NCBI GenBank assembly: GCA_040437565.1
Contig: JBDOQK010000022.1
Coordinates: forward strand, 186,001-250,000
Source of the DNA: Albugo candida
Taxonomy: Eukaryota
Direction of reading: 5' to 3'
Length of the DNA: 64,000 bases
In this document: positions 49,258 through 61,444 of the stretch, in pieces
Position numbering within the stretch: position 1 is the first letter of the stretch
Layout of the letters: every line of letters begins with the position of its first letter
The notes under the pieces: generated by a model
Told to the model about the DNA's origin: nothing
The model's database searches: none
Seen by the model: only the letters and a program-made list of their open reading frames with translations
Translations under genes and position numbers: made by a program

Positions 49258-51283
49258 ATGGTGAGGAGCACACGCAACCTGATCAGTCTGGTCATCGTTA
49301 CAATAACGAGCGCTCACTTGGTGGAGGGCAGCTTCACAAAATTATATGGTGAATTTCCGTACAGCACCTCAACTCTGAAAAAATGTCAGACTTGTCTATT
49401 AGAACAAGCAGGTGCGACGCGTTTGATCTTGATGAAGAAGACGATAACGGGAACAATAGCTCAAAAAACAGTAAACTTTGAATATCAGACACAGGGTCCA
49501 AGCTACTTCTACTCGAATGTAGAGACTTATTGCGTCGGACGGCAATATTGCGGAATCCTTGCAATTGGAGCTACTCAACCCTACCATGAAGCAAAAGAGG
49601 CGACGGAAGCGAAACCTGAACAAAGCTATGATAAGCGGTATCAATGCTTATTGAGATTCTCTTTGGCCCACTCGCTTTCGTGTTTCAGAACTCTAAAAGA
49701 GCTGAGTGGTTCAGAACTAATGGGCGATTTTCTGTTGCGCAGTCCACTTTATGACCACGACTTGCATTTATTTCTTTTGTTTACATCGAAGAATCTGAAA
49801 GAAATGACCGGACATTATTTCCCCGCTATGCTTGTAATGGTCACAGTTTTGTTCTATCAAGTGACGCATGTGACTCATTTGTCGAGAATATTTTTCCTAA
49901 ATCGGACGACGATCAACGTCTTCAGAGATCGCCATCACCAAAACGGGATAAAGCAGAATTCTTGCAACGATATGGGTTATCAATGAGCAAAGAGATAAGA
50001 GAAAACCATCCGGAAATAGTGAGACAAATTGAGGAGACCCTGGGAATTGCTTTCGTACCACATTAGCCGCAGGTAAATCTGGAAGTTGCCTATCGTATTT
50101 GTCAGATACTATTGGAAAAACAACTCTGTTTATGGGAAGATCTTTCAAAGATCGGACGGGATCAACGAACGAGCATAATGGCTCGCAAAAGCTGTATTTC
50201 TATTACATATTATTACCTCCCAAATCTGGTGATCAACAATTCCGGAGTTCTGGGGCATGTGGCGCTGTAGAGTATGCTCAAAGCAAGGATGAATGTTCTT
50301 CACTTCTGAACCAACACCTTTTCGTTTCCCCACAGTATGCGCCAAAAGCCAAGCGCTTCAAAAGTCTATCAGCAAAACCTACATCTCCATCAACTCAGCA
50401 ACCAAGCCTTTGCATATGGATCTTTTCTGTAACGCCGCAGGATTGTTTGATATGGCTTCACGAAACATTGGACACAAGCGCTTCGTTGACAATGCTATCA
50501 CGGACAACGGCCTTGTTACACACTGTTGATTCAAGCGTTGCCGAATCCGTGCATCTTCCGTCCAGCTGTCATGTTCTACATGACATACCGATGAGTGTAT
50601 GTACGATTGAGGAAGAATTGACGAGGCGCCAGCATTCTCACCGAAGCGTTGATCCGAATCCGCATCCATTTCCAGAAGCAGATGAAGACTCCATGTCAAC
50701 GTTAAAGCAGCAACCTGCAATGTCTTCAACGAGTAAAATGACGGCACAGAGCTCCTCCCCGTCATTTGGAAGTATTATTACCGTGATTCATCTCAACAAG
50801 GACGTAAATGCTCTGCCACTAAACTTGTTCAACTGCGCCACATGTCTTATCATTTATGAGGAAGTGCTCTTGATCTCTGTTGAGCTCGCACATGTGTTGG
50901 TGACGAAAGAAGATAGGGATGTGAACGGATTTACTGGATGCGAACAGGTGTGTTCTTTCTCCGAGAATTCAAAACCGGAGCCTGTGTCTCATATCGAAGA
51001 CTTTCGCCTTTTACATCCCTTATCCATGGACGATTTAGTATCAATTTTCTGCGGAGACATCGGAGAAAAAAAGTGGCGGTATGTCGACAGAGGAAACAAA
51101 CGAAAAGACCAGATCAACATATCCTATGTGGACTATCATAAGTGTCTAAATTATCTCACAACACATCCCTTGGATGTCGCAATACCCAAAGAGATGCCAA
51201 CGTCGTCCGACAAAGTAACGGAGACTCGGACGAAAAGCAAAAATAAGCGCAAAATGAGTTCCGGCGATGAAAGGTCGAAATAG
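49258..51283 (+). pseudogene. Divergent CCG effector (paralogue I) with two apparent frameshifts
   Basis: Signal peptide MVRSTRNLISLVIVTITSAHLVEG, motif KKCQTCLLEQAG and SCFRTLKELSGS. The frame changes near 49830 and near 50030 (GDPGNCFRTT..GSCLSYL), then continues through FYYILL and NCATCLIIYEEVLLISVE to a basic tail. Confidence 0.8.
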
Positions 51284-52254
51284 GCGCAGTAACTACTTAG
51301 CTTTGAGATGAAAGAAGATTTTGACACGTTTCCTTCAAGTTGGTGATTTTTTTCTTTCTTTTCGCAACGAATATGTTAGGGGCAAATTCCAAGTATGCAC
51401 GCCATGCGTAAGTAACTGTGTTCATTACGATACGAGTGTACTGCAAAGAGCAGTTTGAATCCATATACCCTCAGCATCGTAATCCGTTCTCATTTAAAAT
51501 GACGCTGTATAGGCTTCCAAAAGTTAACAGCTCAATAGGACGGGCTGTCTGCATGATCATGCTACTCGCTATACATAGAAACCCTCAAGCACAGTCATTT
51601 CCTTCTTATTTGTCTTTGAGAGAATGACTTCATAATCAAGCAAGAAGACCTTCTGAAAATGCCAATCCTCTACATTTATGCGTGACAAGTCTCATAAAAG
51701 GCTGCTAAGAAATGGTCTTTGTAACATTCTCAGCTTACACATGAAATCTTACGTGGTTTCAGTCGGTTTTAAATTGTCTTCGAGACATATGAAACCACAT
51801 TTTCTCAAAACGACGTTATCAAGAAAGTACGTGGCAGTCAACAGAAGTGACATGCACGCCGAAACACAGCTTGTGACTCATAATACCATATGCTGTGTTC
51901 GTTGTGAGCTTACACGTCAGTAATTTCGTCGTCAAAGCATCAGATTTATAGCAAGTTTATAAGAAAAAGATCACCACGATACCCACGTGTACCACCTCAT
52001 GCCACGCCTTTGATTGAAATCAAGCGATGAATTATGGTCAAATGGACGTGAGTACAGCTGGCAATCTTAACATTGGGGAAAATACATTCCTATTATGTGT
52101 CATCTCACCCTCCAAATACCTGGCGATGAAAACTGCTGTCCGAACAGCTCATCCCGTCGTCTGATCGGCAATCAAAGAAAATATTAATACAACTTTTTAT
52201 TTTCTAATTCTCATCCAAATAGCATCTCAGCGATCACAATCAAAGAGATACAAA

Positions 52255-54189
52255 ATGCGTCACACTCATGGCGTCATGCTCAAGTGTGTATGCTTACAAA
52301 TGATACTCAACCCCCTGCCTGTGCTATCCGAGAGATTTCAGCAGATGCAAGTCACCACTAGCGATTCACGCTCTGTTACGTCCGAATACACGCTATCGTC
52401 GACAAAAGGTCTCAATGAGGCAAAATGGAGGTGGGAACATGAAGACTCTGCTGTTCAGAATGAGGAATCGCTTTTCAAGACATTTATTCCAAAGGATGAA
52501 AGCAAAACCTGCTCACCAATCGGCAATGACGCCACTTCTTTCAATATGCAAATTCGTGGTGTCAATTTAGGCGGCTTATTCGTACTGGAACCTTGGATTA
52601 CGCCGACGTTATTCTATCAGTTTTTGGGAACGCCAGAACGATTTGGTAATAAAGCCCCAGAGAAAACCGCATTGGATACGTTCACATTTTGCACGGCTTT
52701 GGGTAAAAAAGAGGCAAATCTCCAATTACGGATTCACTGGGCCTACTGGCTCACGGAAGATGATTTTATCAGGTTGCATGCAGCTGGTGTCAATTCTGTC
52801 CGTATCCCTGTTGGCGACTATATGTTTGTGCCATATGAGCCTTACATCGGATGCACGGATGGAGCTGTCGAGGTGCTCGATCAAGTGCTCGATTGGGCCC
52901 ACAAGTATGGGATGACCGTGCTACTGGACATCCACACACAAATTGACTCACAGAATGGGTTCGACAACAGCGGAAAGACTTCTAATGTCAAGTGGAAAGA
53001 GACGCACGGTACAAAACCGAATGAATCCGTCGCATTTGAGCACTGGCCACATCGTGTAGCCGAATGGATAGGACCGTACGATGCGAATACAAAGACGTAT
53101 TTGAGCATTAATTATGCCAACTTGCTCCATTCTCTCGACGTCGTCACAGCGATAGTAGAAAGATACGCTACTCATCCAGCGGTCATGGGCCTCCAACCCA
53201 TCAATGAGCCGTGGGAGTACACACCGATTCCGATCTTAAAGGAGTTTTACTGGAAAGGTTACAAACGTGTAAAAGCTGTAGCTCCAAACTGGAACTTTGT
53301 CATACACGACTCCTTTCGTTTTACTACGGATATATGGGCTGATTTCATGAGAGGCTGTCCGGGGATTGCATTAGATACACATATGTATCAAGCATGGATA
53401 AAGCCCGGAACGCAAGCGGATTTCTTTTCGAATGCGTGTCAGCAAAAGCAGACTATTTTCAACATGGAGAAGAAAGGCATGCCGGTGATCATCGGTGAGT
53501 GGTCTCTTGCGACAGACAACTGCGCGATGTGGCTCAACGGATTTAACGATAATATGGTGGGGTACCCAAAAGTCCAATGTGCCTTTATAAAATGCCCTGT
53601 AACAAGCACCTATCTCGGCAATGGATTCCCTGGGACTCCTTTGGATCGCAGCAAACCGATGCAGGGGCCTTATGGATTAAATCCTTCTGGACCTTCGTTT
53701 GGTTTATGTCCTATAACAAGTAACACTGCTTTTCATCAGGTAGACGACAAGCAATTGACACTTGATTTGCTTCGAAAAAGGCTGAATGCGTGGTCAGCGG
53801 GACACGGATGGTACTTTTGGAATTTCAAGACAGAGTTGGACTACAAATGGAGCTTCTTGGATTTATATGATCGCGGGTTTATGCCAAAAAATATCTCCGA
53901 CTATGGAAATGTTAAAGACATTCTCAGCGCATGTGATAAAGAAGATAAAGGCGAGTTCTATTGTCATGCAAACGCTACTGTGAAAGATGTCGAGCTGGAA
54001 AAAGGACTCTCGTACGCGTGTAGCTCGCCCAAAATCGATTGCTCAAAGTTAAGCACAAAGTATCCAACGATATTGGAACGATGCGATGTGGCTTACAATG
54101 AGTACTGGCACCAACATCGTCGAGAAGGAGCCACGTGTGACTTTGATGGAACGGCTTATCTTTCAGAGCTGAATGCGCCTGGAAAATGA
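52255..54189 (+). CDS. GH5 glucan 1,3-beta-glucosidase paralogue with X8 domain and no TM anchor
   Basis: 644-aa ORF with RGVNLGGLFVLEPWITP, QPINEPWE, IIGEWS and an X8 domain. The stop comes right after X8. Confidence 0.93.
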   Translation: MRHTHGVMLKCVCLQMILNPLPVLSERFQQMQVTTSDSRSVTSEYTLSSTKGLNEAKWRWEHEDSAVQNEESLFKTFIPKDESKTCSPIGNDATSFNMQIRGVNLGGLFVLEPWITPTLFYQFLGTPERFGNKAPEKTALDTFTFCTALGKKEANLQLRIHWAYWLTEDDFIRLHAAGVNSVRIPVGDYMFVPYEPYIGCTDGAVEVLDQVLDWAHKYGMTVLLDIHTQIDSQNGFDNSGKTSNVKWKETHGTKPNESVAFEHWPHRVAEWIGPYDANTKTYLSINYANLLHSLDVVTAIVERYATHPAVMGLQPINEPWEYTPIPILKEFYWKGYKRVKAVAPNWNFVIHDSFRFTTDIWADFMRGCPGIALDTHMYQAWIKPGTQADFFSNACQQKQTIFNMEKKGMPVIIGEWSLATDNCAMWLNGFNDNMVGYPKVQCAFIKCPVTSTYLGNGFPGTPLDRSKPMQGPYGLNPSGPSFGLCPITSNTAFHQVDDKQLTLDLLRKRLNAWSAGHGWYFWNFKTELDYKWSFLDLYDRGFMPKNISDYGNVKDILSACDKEDKGEFYCHANATVKDVELEKGLSYACSSPKIDCSKLSTKYPTILERCDVAYNEYWHQHRREGATCDFDGTAYLSELNAPGK

Positions 54190-56617
54190 TATTCTGACGA
54201 GATGCTAAGGGATTTGGCTTTGAAGGGAAAAAGTGTCGATCCATCGGAACAGGGCGATGAATTCACTTCATGACGTGGGAGGAGGAAGAGCTCATTTGAA
54301 GCCTATTCGCAGATTGCAACTAAAGTGGAGAGCAGCCCGTTAAAGGATATCGTCCCGCAAATCATTTGACTGAATGGGTCCGCGGTGGGGAATGTAAACG
54401 TGGTCGATATAGGCACGCATTTCGCTGCCANNNNNNNNNNNNNNNNNNNNNNNNNNNNNNNNNNNNNNNNNNNNNNNNNNNNNNNNNNNNNNNNNNNNNN
54501 NNNNNNNNNNNNNNNNNNNNNNNNNNNNNNAAGCAATTGACACTTGATTTGCTTCGAAAAAGGCTGAATGCGTGGTCAGCGGGACACGGATGGTACTTTT
54601 GGAATTTCAAGACAGAGTTGGACTACAAATGGAGCTTCTTGGATTTATATGATCGCGGGTTTATGCCAAAAAATATCTCCGACTATGGAAATGTTAAAGA
54701 CATTCTCAGCGCATGTGATAAAGAAGATAAAGGCGAGTTCTATTGTCATGCAAACGCTACTGTGAAAGATGTCGAGCTGGAAAAAGGACTCTCGTACGCG
54801 TGTAGCTCGCCCAAAATCGATTGCTCAAAGTTAAGCACAAAGTATCCAACGATATTGGAACGATGCGATGTGGCTTACAATGAGTACTGGCACCAACATC
54901 GTCGAGAAGGAGCCACGTGTGACTTTGATGGAACGGCTTATCTTTCAGAGCTGAATGCGCCTGGAAAATGATATTCTGACGAGATGCTAAGGGATTTGGC
55001 TTTGAAGGGAAAAAGTGTCGATCCATCGGAACAGGGCGATGAATTCACTTCATGACGTGGGAGGAGGAAGAGCTCATTTGAAGCCTATTCGCAGATTGCA
55101 ACTAAAGTGGAGAGCAGCCCGTTAAAGGATATCGTCCCGCAAATCATTTGACTGAATGGGTCCGCGGTGGGGAATGTAAACGTGGTCGATATAGGCACGC
55201 ATTTCGCTGCCACACACGCATCAGAGATGATATCAGACGATGAATGTACTCGATCTATTCTGTGCATTAGAACCTCGAATGAAAAAGCTATAAGTGAGAT
55301 ATTATCTGAAGGTGTAGTGCTGCTTTTAGAACGGAGATAAACATTTAATGCAAAGCGCCAACTTTCGACATCTTCCTCTTGATGATTTCTATAGAAGTAT
55401 ATTCCACTTCTGCATTTAAGTCACCTAGATCATCGCGATCGGTCAATATTTTGCCATTTTGGCAGGTCTGAAGCAAAATGTTGTGTGTATCCAAATATGC
55501 GTCAGCTAGCCGGCCGATTGAGCGTGAATTCTACTCGACGTTACTCAAGACTATCCATCCATTTGAACTGTAAAGTGAAGCGCAAATTGTCGTAATGTCT
55601 AGCCCAATTATTGTGAGCTTGCTCCGAGACGGGGTCTGATTGTGAACGCAAAGGCTTCGACCAGCAATCCGTGAACCTGCAACCAGATGCAGATGAGTCA
55701 CTTGTGCATGGCTTACGTTGATGATTGCAATATGACTTCGTTTCTTGACAGGTGTGCGTAAAAGAAATGTCTTGCACAAGACGTTCCAGTGAGGATACCC
55801 ATTAAAGTCTTATTTATAACTTGGTCGAGTCTTAAACGTCGCATCATTCAAACCGTTGATCTCGTCCCTCGGCTTGCTCTTTTACTTATGGACTAGCGCT
55901 CATGCTGTCATTTTGTAATTGGCTTTCATTGTATCATATCGCTAGTAACTGGGTCGGAATTTATGGATCGAATTGGGCGCAACTCAGTGGCGAAGCGCAC
56001 TCCAATTCTCTTATCGTAGAGAGGACAACATGGGCTCATCGTCATGGCCACGCTGTTGCTACCTTCGATTCGACTCAAGATGCAGCAAAGGTCGATGGGC
56101 GTACTCCCCGTCTATTCCTTATTGGAGGAGATTCCTCCACGCAGACTTCTTATGATCTACGTGCGTATCCTGGTGGCGGTGCTCTTAGAAATGATGTCTG
56201 GATTTTATCAAATATTGAGATGGAGCCAATGTTGAAACAGGTCAGAGCGGAAGGACGGAGCGATACAGTTGCTCAGACTATCGTTCATTCGACTTGGACT
56301 GAAGTAAACGGTGGTCGAAGGCCANNNNNNNNNNNNNNNNNNNNNNNNNNNNNNNNNNNNNNNNNNNNNNNNNNNNNNNNNNNNNNNNNNNNNNNNNNNN
56401 NNNNNNNNNNNNNNNNNNNNNNNNTGGCTTACGTTGATGATTGCAATATGACTTCGTTTCTTGACAGGTGTGCGTAAAAGAAATGTCTTGCACAAGACGT
56501 TCCAGTGAGGATACCCATTAAAGTCTTATTTATAACTTGGTCGAGTCTTAAACGTCGCATCATTCAAACCGTTGATCTCGTCCCTCGGCTTGCTCTTTTA
56601 CTTATGGACTAGCGCTC

Positions 56618-59149
56618 ATGCTGTCATTTTGTAATTGGCTTTCATTGTATCATATCGCTAGTAACTGGGTCGGAATTTATGGATCGAATTGGGCGCAACT
56701 CAGTGGCGAAGCGCACTCCAATTCTCTTATCGTAGAGAGGACAACATGGGCTCATCGTCATGGCCACGCTGTTGCTACCTTCGATTCGACTCAAGATGCA
56801 GCAAAGGTCGATGGGCGTACTCCCCGTCTATTCCTTATTGGAGGAGATTCCTCCACGCAGACTTCTTATGATCTACGTGCGTATCCTGGTGGCGGTGCTC
56901 TTAGAAATGATGTCTGGATTTTATCAAATATTGAGATGGAGCCAATGTTGAAACAGGTCAGAGCGGAAGGACGGAGCGATACAGTTGCTCAGACTATCGT
57001 TCATTCGACTTGGACTGAAGTAAACGGTGGTCGAAGGCCACCGGATGGAGTCACATACGATGAATGGATTGCATGCGCACTGAACCCATGGGTTTCTTAT
57101 ACTGTTGAAGGCTGCAACGACCTATCTAATCCTCCTGGAATGTACCTGGCAGACATCATGTTTTCTCCAAGACGTAATTTTGCGGCCGTAGTGTTCAAAG
57201 ATGAGCTTTTCATTCTGGGTGGGCGAGCTCGAGACCATAGGCCTTTGCCACAAGATCAACTTCGAGGTGGCGTGCGAACTCTCAGGTCAGACAGACACCG
57301 CTGGCGGGAGTATGCCGTTTTGAAAAATGACGTATGGAAGAGCAAAGACAATGGAGTGACTTGGAAGCTTGTGACACCCGGATGCAAAGCACCTCAAGCT
57401 AATTTAGTGCACAAAAATGGGGATGTAAAGTATAAATGTCAACGGGATAGCGACTGTGAAAGAGGTGCGACTTGTACATTGTTTGGGAATACTACCAGCA
57501 CGTGTACCTGCAACATGTGGTCACCACGCGAGTACCACTCGGTAAGTGTTTTCAACAATGCAATCTATCTTTCTGGTGGATACGCAAACGTGCAACAATC
57601 GACATGTGGATCGGAGGACGCGGCATGCGGCGGTGGGTATCGAGCTTACATGCAGGACGTCTGGCGTTCAGTAGATGGAGCGAATTGGGAAGCCTTAAAC
57701 GTATCTTCAGCGTTTCCAGAACGAGGAGAGCACACAATGACTAGTTTCCAAGGATCTTTGTATATAATGGGAGGTCGAACAGGAAATACACAATCAGCCT
57801 CTCGCAGTGCTTTACTTAATGATATTTGGAAGAGTACTGATGGAGCCTTATGGACAATAGAAACCTCACAGGCTTCTTGGTCGCCTCGTGCGAAGCACTC
57901 TGTTCTGGTTGTACCCGGAGATAGCGAGGAGCTATTGCTGATGTTTGGTGAGTCAGAAGAAGGTGTCTTAGGCGATGTATGGTCTTGGAAAGGTGGAAAG
58001 ACCGCAGCAAATATTACAAGCTTCATTCAGGATTTTAGTTCCTCCACGCCTCAAGCCGATTATGTGCACGGAAACAGCGGGATACGTTCTCTTAAAACAA
58101 TGACAGAAGAGGTCGCCTTGATCATGAATGCAGCCGGAATTGATACGATCCAAGAGCTTGCCAGTATTTCTTTCGACACAACGATTCAATTACGCCAGCA
58201 AGTATCGACTGCTTGTGACTTTATCTTTCTGGCAAAGTATATCCAAAAGATGTGTGATGTTTCATCTCATCAAATCGACTTCATCAAGGTTGAAGAATCC
58301 TCCAGCATTCCTCCAACCGAATGGGACGGATGTTCTCATCATGGGAAACGAGCAAAGAACATAAAAACGGGGCGTTTGTACTGGCCCGACGTCGGAGGAA
58401 TCGATCAAGTAGAATTCATTCGAGACCCTCGCGATGATGCATATCGAAGCACGTGTCGATGGAATCCACCGGCTAGAACGGGACAAGCTGCCGTTGTATT
58501 TCAGGGAAAACCTCTTGTTCTCGGTGGACTTTTAGCAGCGAATACTTATGATAATGATGTGTGGTTCCGTATTGCAGAATTACCCAAGGCTCAATTCACG
58601 CTCGTCCCGCGTTCACACTCATCAGATACCTTGTTTCAGTTTGTCAGCGATGCACCCGGTTGTACTTTCCAATACCATGTTTTGGATTTGAAGGAGAAAC
58701 TGGTCGTTCGAGGATGGACAAGCACACTATCGAATATCGACTATTCGAAATGGCTGCGTCCGGGTTTGTATCGATTTCGCGTTCGCGCTGTTGACCCTTC
58801 CGGAAATGCTGATGCAGAGTTTGAAAATGGCCGCAATGAACACATATGGAAGTACAATCGTAAAATTCCGTATGCTTTGATTTTTGGACTTTTGGGGGCA
58901 TTTTTGGTCATTTGCATTGGCAGTTGGATGGAATGGAAGAAATGGAAGCGAAGAAAGGCTATGGAGCGTTATGCGTTGCAACGATTGCGGCGTAAAAAGT
59001 CAAATACAAGTCAACTTGTCGAGCAATCTGATCGCAGCTTAGCGAATTCTCTAAAAGGCGCTGTTCTCAAAGGAAAATATACGCTGAAGAAGGATACGGC
59101 GCGTTTGTATCGCATGCGACCAAATAATCGGATTTTGGCAACCGGATAG
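56618..59149 (+). CDS. Kelch/galactose-oxidase-type beta-propeller membrane protein with Ig-like domain
   Basis: 843-aa ORF with repeated (S)PR..H....F...L.I.GG.....(N/Q/G)D(V/I)W blades. It also has a Cys-rich insert, the Ig-like motif YRFRVRAVDPSGNAD, TM IPYALIFGLLGAFLVICIG and a basic tail. Confidence 0.88.
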   Translation: MLSFCNWLSLYHIASNWVGIYGSNWAQLSGEAHSNSLIVERTTWAHRHGHAVATFDSTQDAAKVDGRTPRLFLIGGDSSTQTSYDLRAYPGGGALRNDVWILSNIEMEPMLKQVRAEGRSDTVAQTIVHSTWTEVNGGRRPPDGVTYDEWIACALNPWVSYTVEGCNDLSNPPGMYLADIMFSPRRNFAAVVFKDELFILGGRARDHRPLPQDQLRGGVRTLRSDRHRWREYAVLKNDVWKSKDNGVTWKLVTPGCKAPQANLVHKNGDVKYKCQRDSDCERGATCTLFGNTTSTCTCNMWSPREYHSVSVFNNAIYLSGGYANVQQSTCGSEDAACGGGYRAYMQDVWRSVDGANWEALNVSSAFPERGEHTMTSFQGSLYIMGGRTGNTQSASRSALLNDIWKSTDGALWTIETSQASWSPRAKHSVLVVPGDSEELLLMFGESEEGVLGDVWSWKGGKTAANITSFIQDFSSSTPQADYVHGNSGIRSLKTMTEEVALIMNAAGIDTIQELASISFDTTIQLRQQVSTACDFIFLAKYIQKMCDVSSHQIDFIKVEESSSIPPTEWDGCSHHGKRAKNIKTGRLYWPDVGGIDQVEFIRDPRDDAYRSTCRWNPPARTGQAAVVFQGKPLVLGGLLAANTYDNDVWFRIAELPKAQFTLVPRSHSSDTLFQFVSDAPGCTFQYHVLDLKEKLVVRGWTSTLSNIDYSKWLRPGLYRFRVRAVDPSGNADAEFENGRNEHIWKYNRKIPYALIFGLLGAFLVICIGSWMEWKKWKRRKAMERYALQRLRRKKSNTSQLVEQSDRSLANSLKGAVLKGKYTLKKDTARLYRMRPNNRILATG

Positions 59150-59467
59150 GTCTCCTTTTCTGTCGAAATATGTGCTGCGAATTTGAGAATTGGAGAAGCG
59201 ATAGAAATGCTGTGCTTGTGGATCTACTATGCATCACTTGTATACTTGAATGCAACGCGGCTTCGTAGGATTTATATGCAAAGATTCGATCTGGAAGAAG
59301 GATAGCAAAGGAGATCTCGATTCAACAGTTTCGGAGCCCTGGTTAAAAGTTTACATTCAGTTCCACCGCATTCAACAGACTTACTTTCCGTGTGACGATG
59401 CCTGTAGAGGAGCCATGGAGTGAATGATTGCGCTAATGTATATGTATACTCATGAGATAAAGAATAA

Positions 59468-59794
59468 ATGGCAGTTCCGCTCGGGCGAATTGTGGCGCAG
59501 ATTATCGTAATGAGCACTGGTGTGATTTCAAGAGCGTTCGTACAAGCGTATCGTCAGGCAGTACACAATGCTAGTCATGGAATCGTCGCTTCTACAGCCG
59601 TTAAAAGTACTTTACGCAAGAAAAACGAAATGCCGCTTCAGCAAGCACGAGAAATATGAAACTTCCCTTTCAACAGCACTCCGACCGCCGAAGAAGTACA
59701 GAAGCGATTCGAACGGTATTTCAAGGCCAATGATCCTTCCTTCGCTGGATCCTAAAAATACATACAGCAAACGAAACTCTATCGGCAGGGATAA
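59468..59794 (+). pseudogene. PAM16: PAM16/Tim16 (mitochondrial import motor subunit) pseudogene
   Basis: One frame reads MAVPLGRIVAQIIVMSTGVISRAFVQAYRQA...MPLQQAREI*NFP...EEVQKRFERYFKANDPSFAGS*KYIQQTKLYR. These are Pam16 signatures, with TGA at 59657-59659 and TAA near 59753. Confidence 0.85.
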
Positions 59795-61444
59795 ATAAAT
59801 CTCAGTAAAGCAATTTCATGTTCATTTGGATCACACACAGCAAATTAGAACTCAGCATTTTAGAGTAGCGTCAGCTTTCTCTATGATCGGCTACTGAATA
59901 GAGTTGGAGAATGCGTTTTTCATCCCACGCTTTGTGTTCGCCGTACGCTCTCTTACTCAGCACCAAAATCAGTCGCTCGTACTTTGATGAGATTCTCAAC
60001 AATGCGGACACGACGCCACAGTAGCGAATGAATGATATTTGCATACAAATTGATAGAAGGTTATTGGCCTTTCTCGAAAAACGATAGCAAATGGGTCGAG
60101 CACTATGCTGACATGGCGACTTGCTGATACAAAAGCGGTTCAAAGAAAAGATTGCCTTCTTAGATTATTGAACAAACACGTGATGCAGTTTGTAGATTCA
60201 TGAGACGTGATTTCGCGTGTCCATAGACGCAAATCTTTCATAGCCATACGGCTTCATTTTGAGGAGGAAAGGCAATATGAATTGACGTCAAGGAAGATGC
60301 AATTAGGAAGCTGCAATTAGGAAGCTGTAACATAAACTTGCCATTCCCTTGGCCAGTTTGTATGTCGGCCGCTTTCGATACATCGCGTCGGTCTCATACA
60401 AGGTGTTGAATTATCACTAAATGGAAATGAGTCGACAAGATTACTTTCCAGGCTTTCTCAACGAGAACGGGACAGAATTCGAATGGGAGAACATATGAAT
60501 TGCATGGTTGGATGTAAATGTACAGGTAGAACCAACTGAAGCGGCCTGATACTCTTACGTCAGCAAAAAATGCTTTTGATGATGTACTGAAGAATGAATA
60601 TCGTTTTTATCGCCTTGATGCCAACTGATTGCCCGATCCCAGCTTCCGAACCCATGGGACGACTTTGACAGTCCAAGCGATACGAAGTCTATCATTCATG
60701 ATATGCGTTAATTTGACTCTTTTAAGCTTACACTGGCAGAAATGTTCTGCAGTCAGCTCCAAACATTGACTGGTCGGTAATCATTCGAAACACATTTGAG
60801 TAACTCAAGTGCACAGGAGGAGAAAATATATTACGGTCGATCTATCGTATTATCCGACTTCATGGCTTGTAAAACAATACAATATGAGACTTTTACGAGC
60901 CACATGAAACGCTATCACGCACAATTCGCTGTCAAAAGCCTTCCCTCCACTTATAATAGCTGACCCATCATTGTTACTAGCGTTGTCTTGAATAAAACAG
61001 TCTATCTGGTCAGAGCACTACTGATATATTTTATGACGGTAATAATGTCTCAGTTGGAAAAAGTATTTCGTTTCTCACAGCAGCGAATTTTAATCGTATC
61101 GAGCAGAAAGATATGATAGTGAGATCTCATACAGTACTCGAGCATGCGAGTTTAAGTTGGATTTCAGAGCAGAAAGCATCGGTCAATTCCAGCAAATTGA
61201 CATTGGTTATTTAATCTATTGAATATGTTCGAGATGCAACTTGCACACAGCTGATCTGAATGTAAAAGCAGGGGCTCAATACAGAAGCGTGTCTTTGGCG
61301 CTAGCGCTTTACCTTCCTATCCAAGAGCCAATCACAAGAATGTTTGTGCCGTAGAGTTGCACGGATAAGTGAATTGAATGATGGTACCACTCTTCAAATC
61401 ACTTGAATCAAATGGTTGGCTCAGCTCATAAAGAAATATTCAGG

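Noticed and set aside
54531-55211. Third GH5 (C-terminal fragment)
   Set aside because: It is an exact copy of 53750-54430 next to a gap.
55902-56324. Truncated second Kelch gene
   Set aside because: 55709-56324 is identical to 56425-57040 across a gap.
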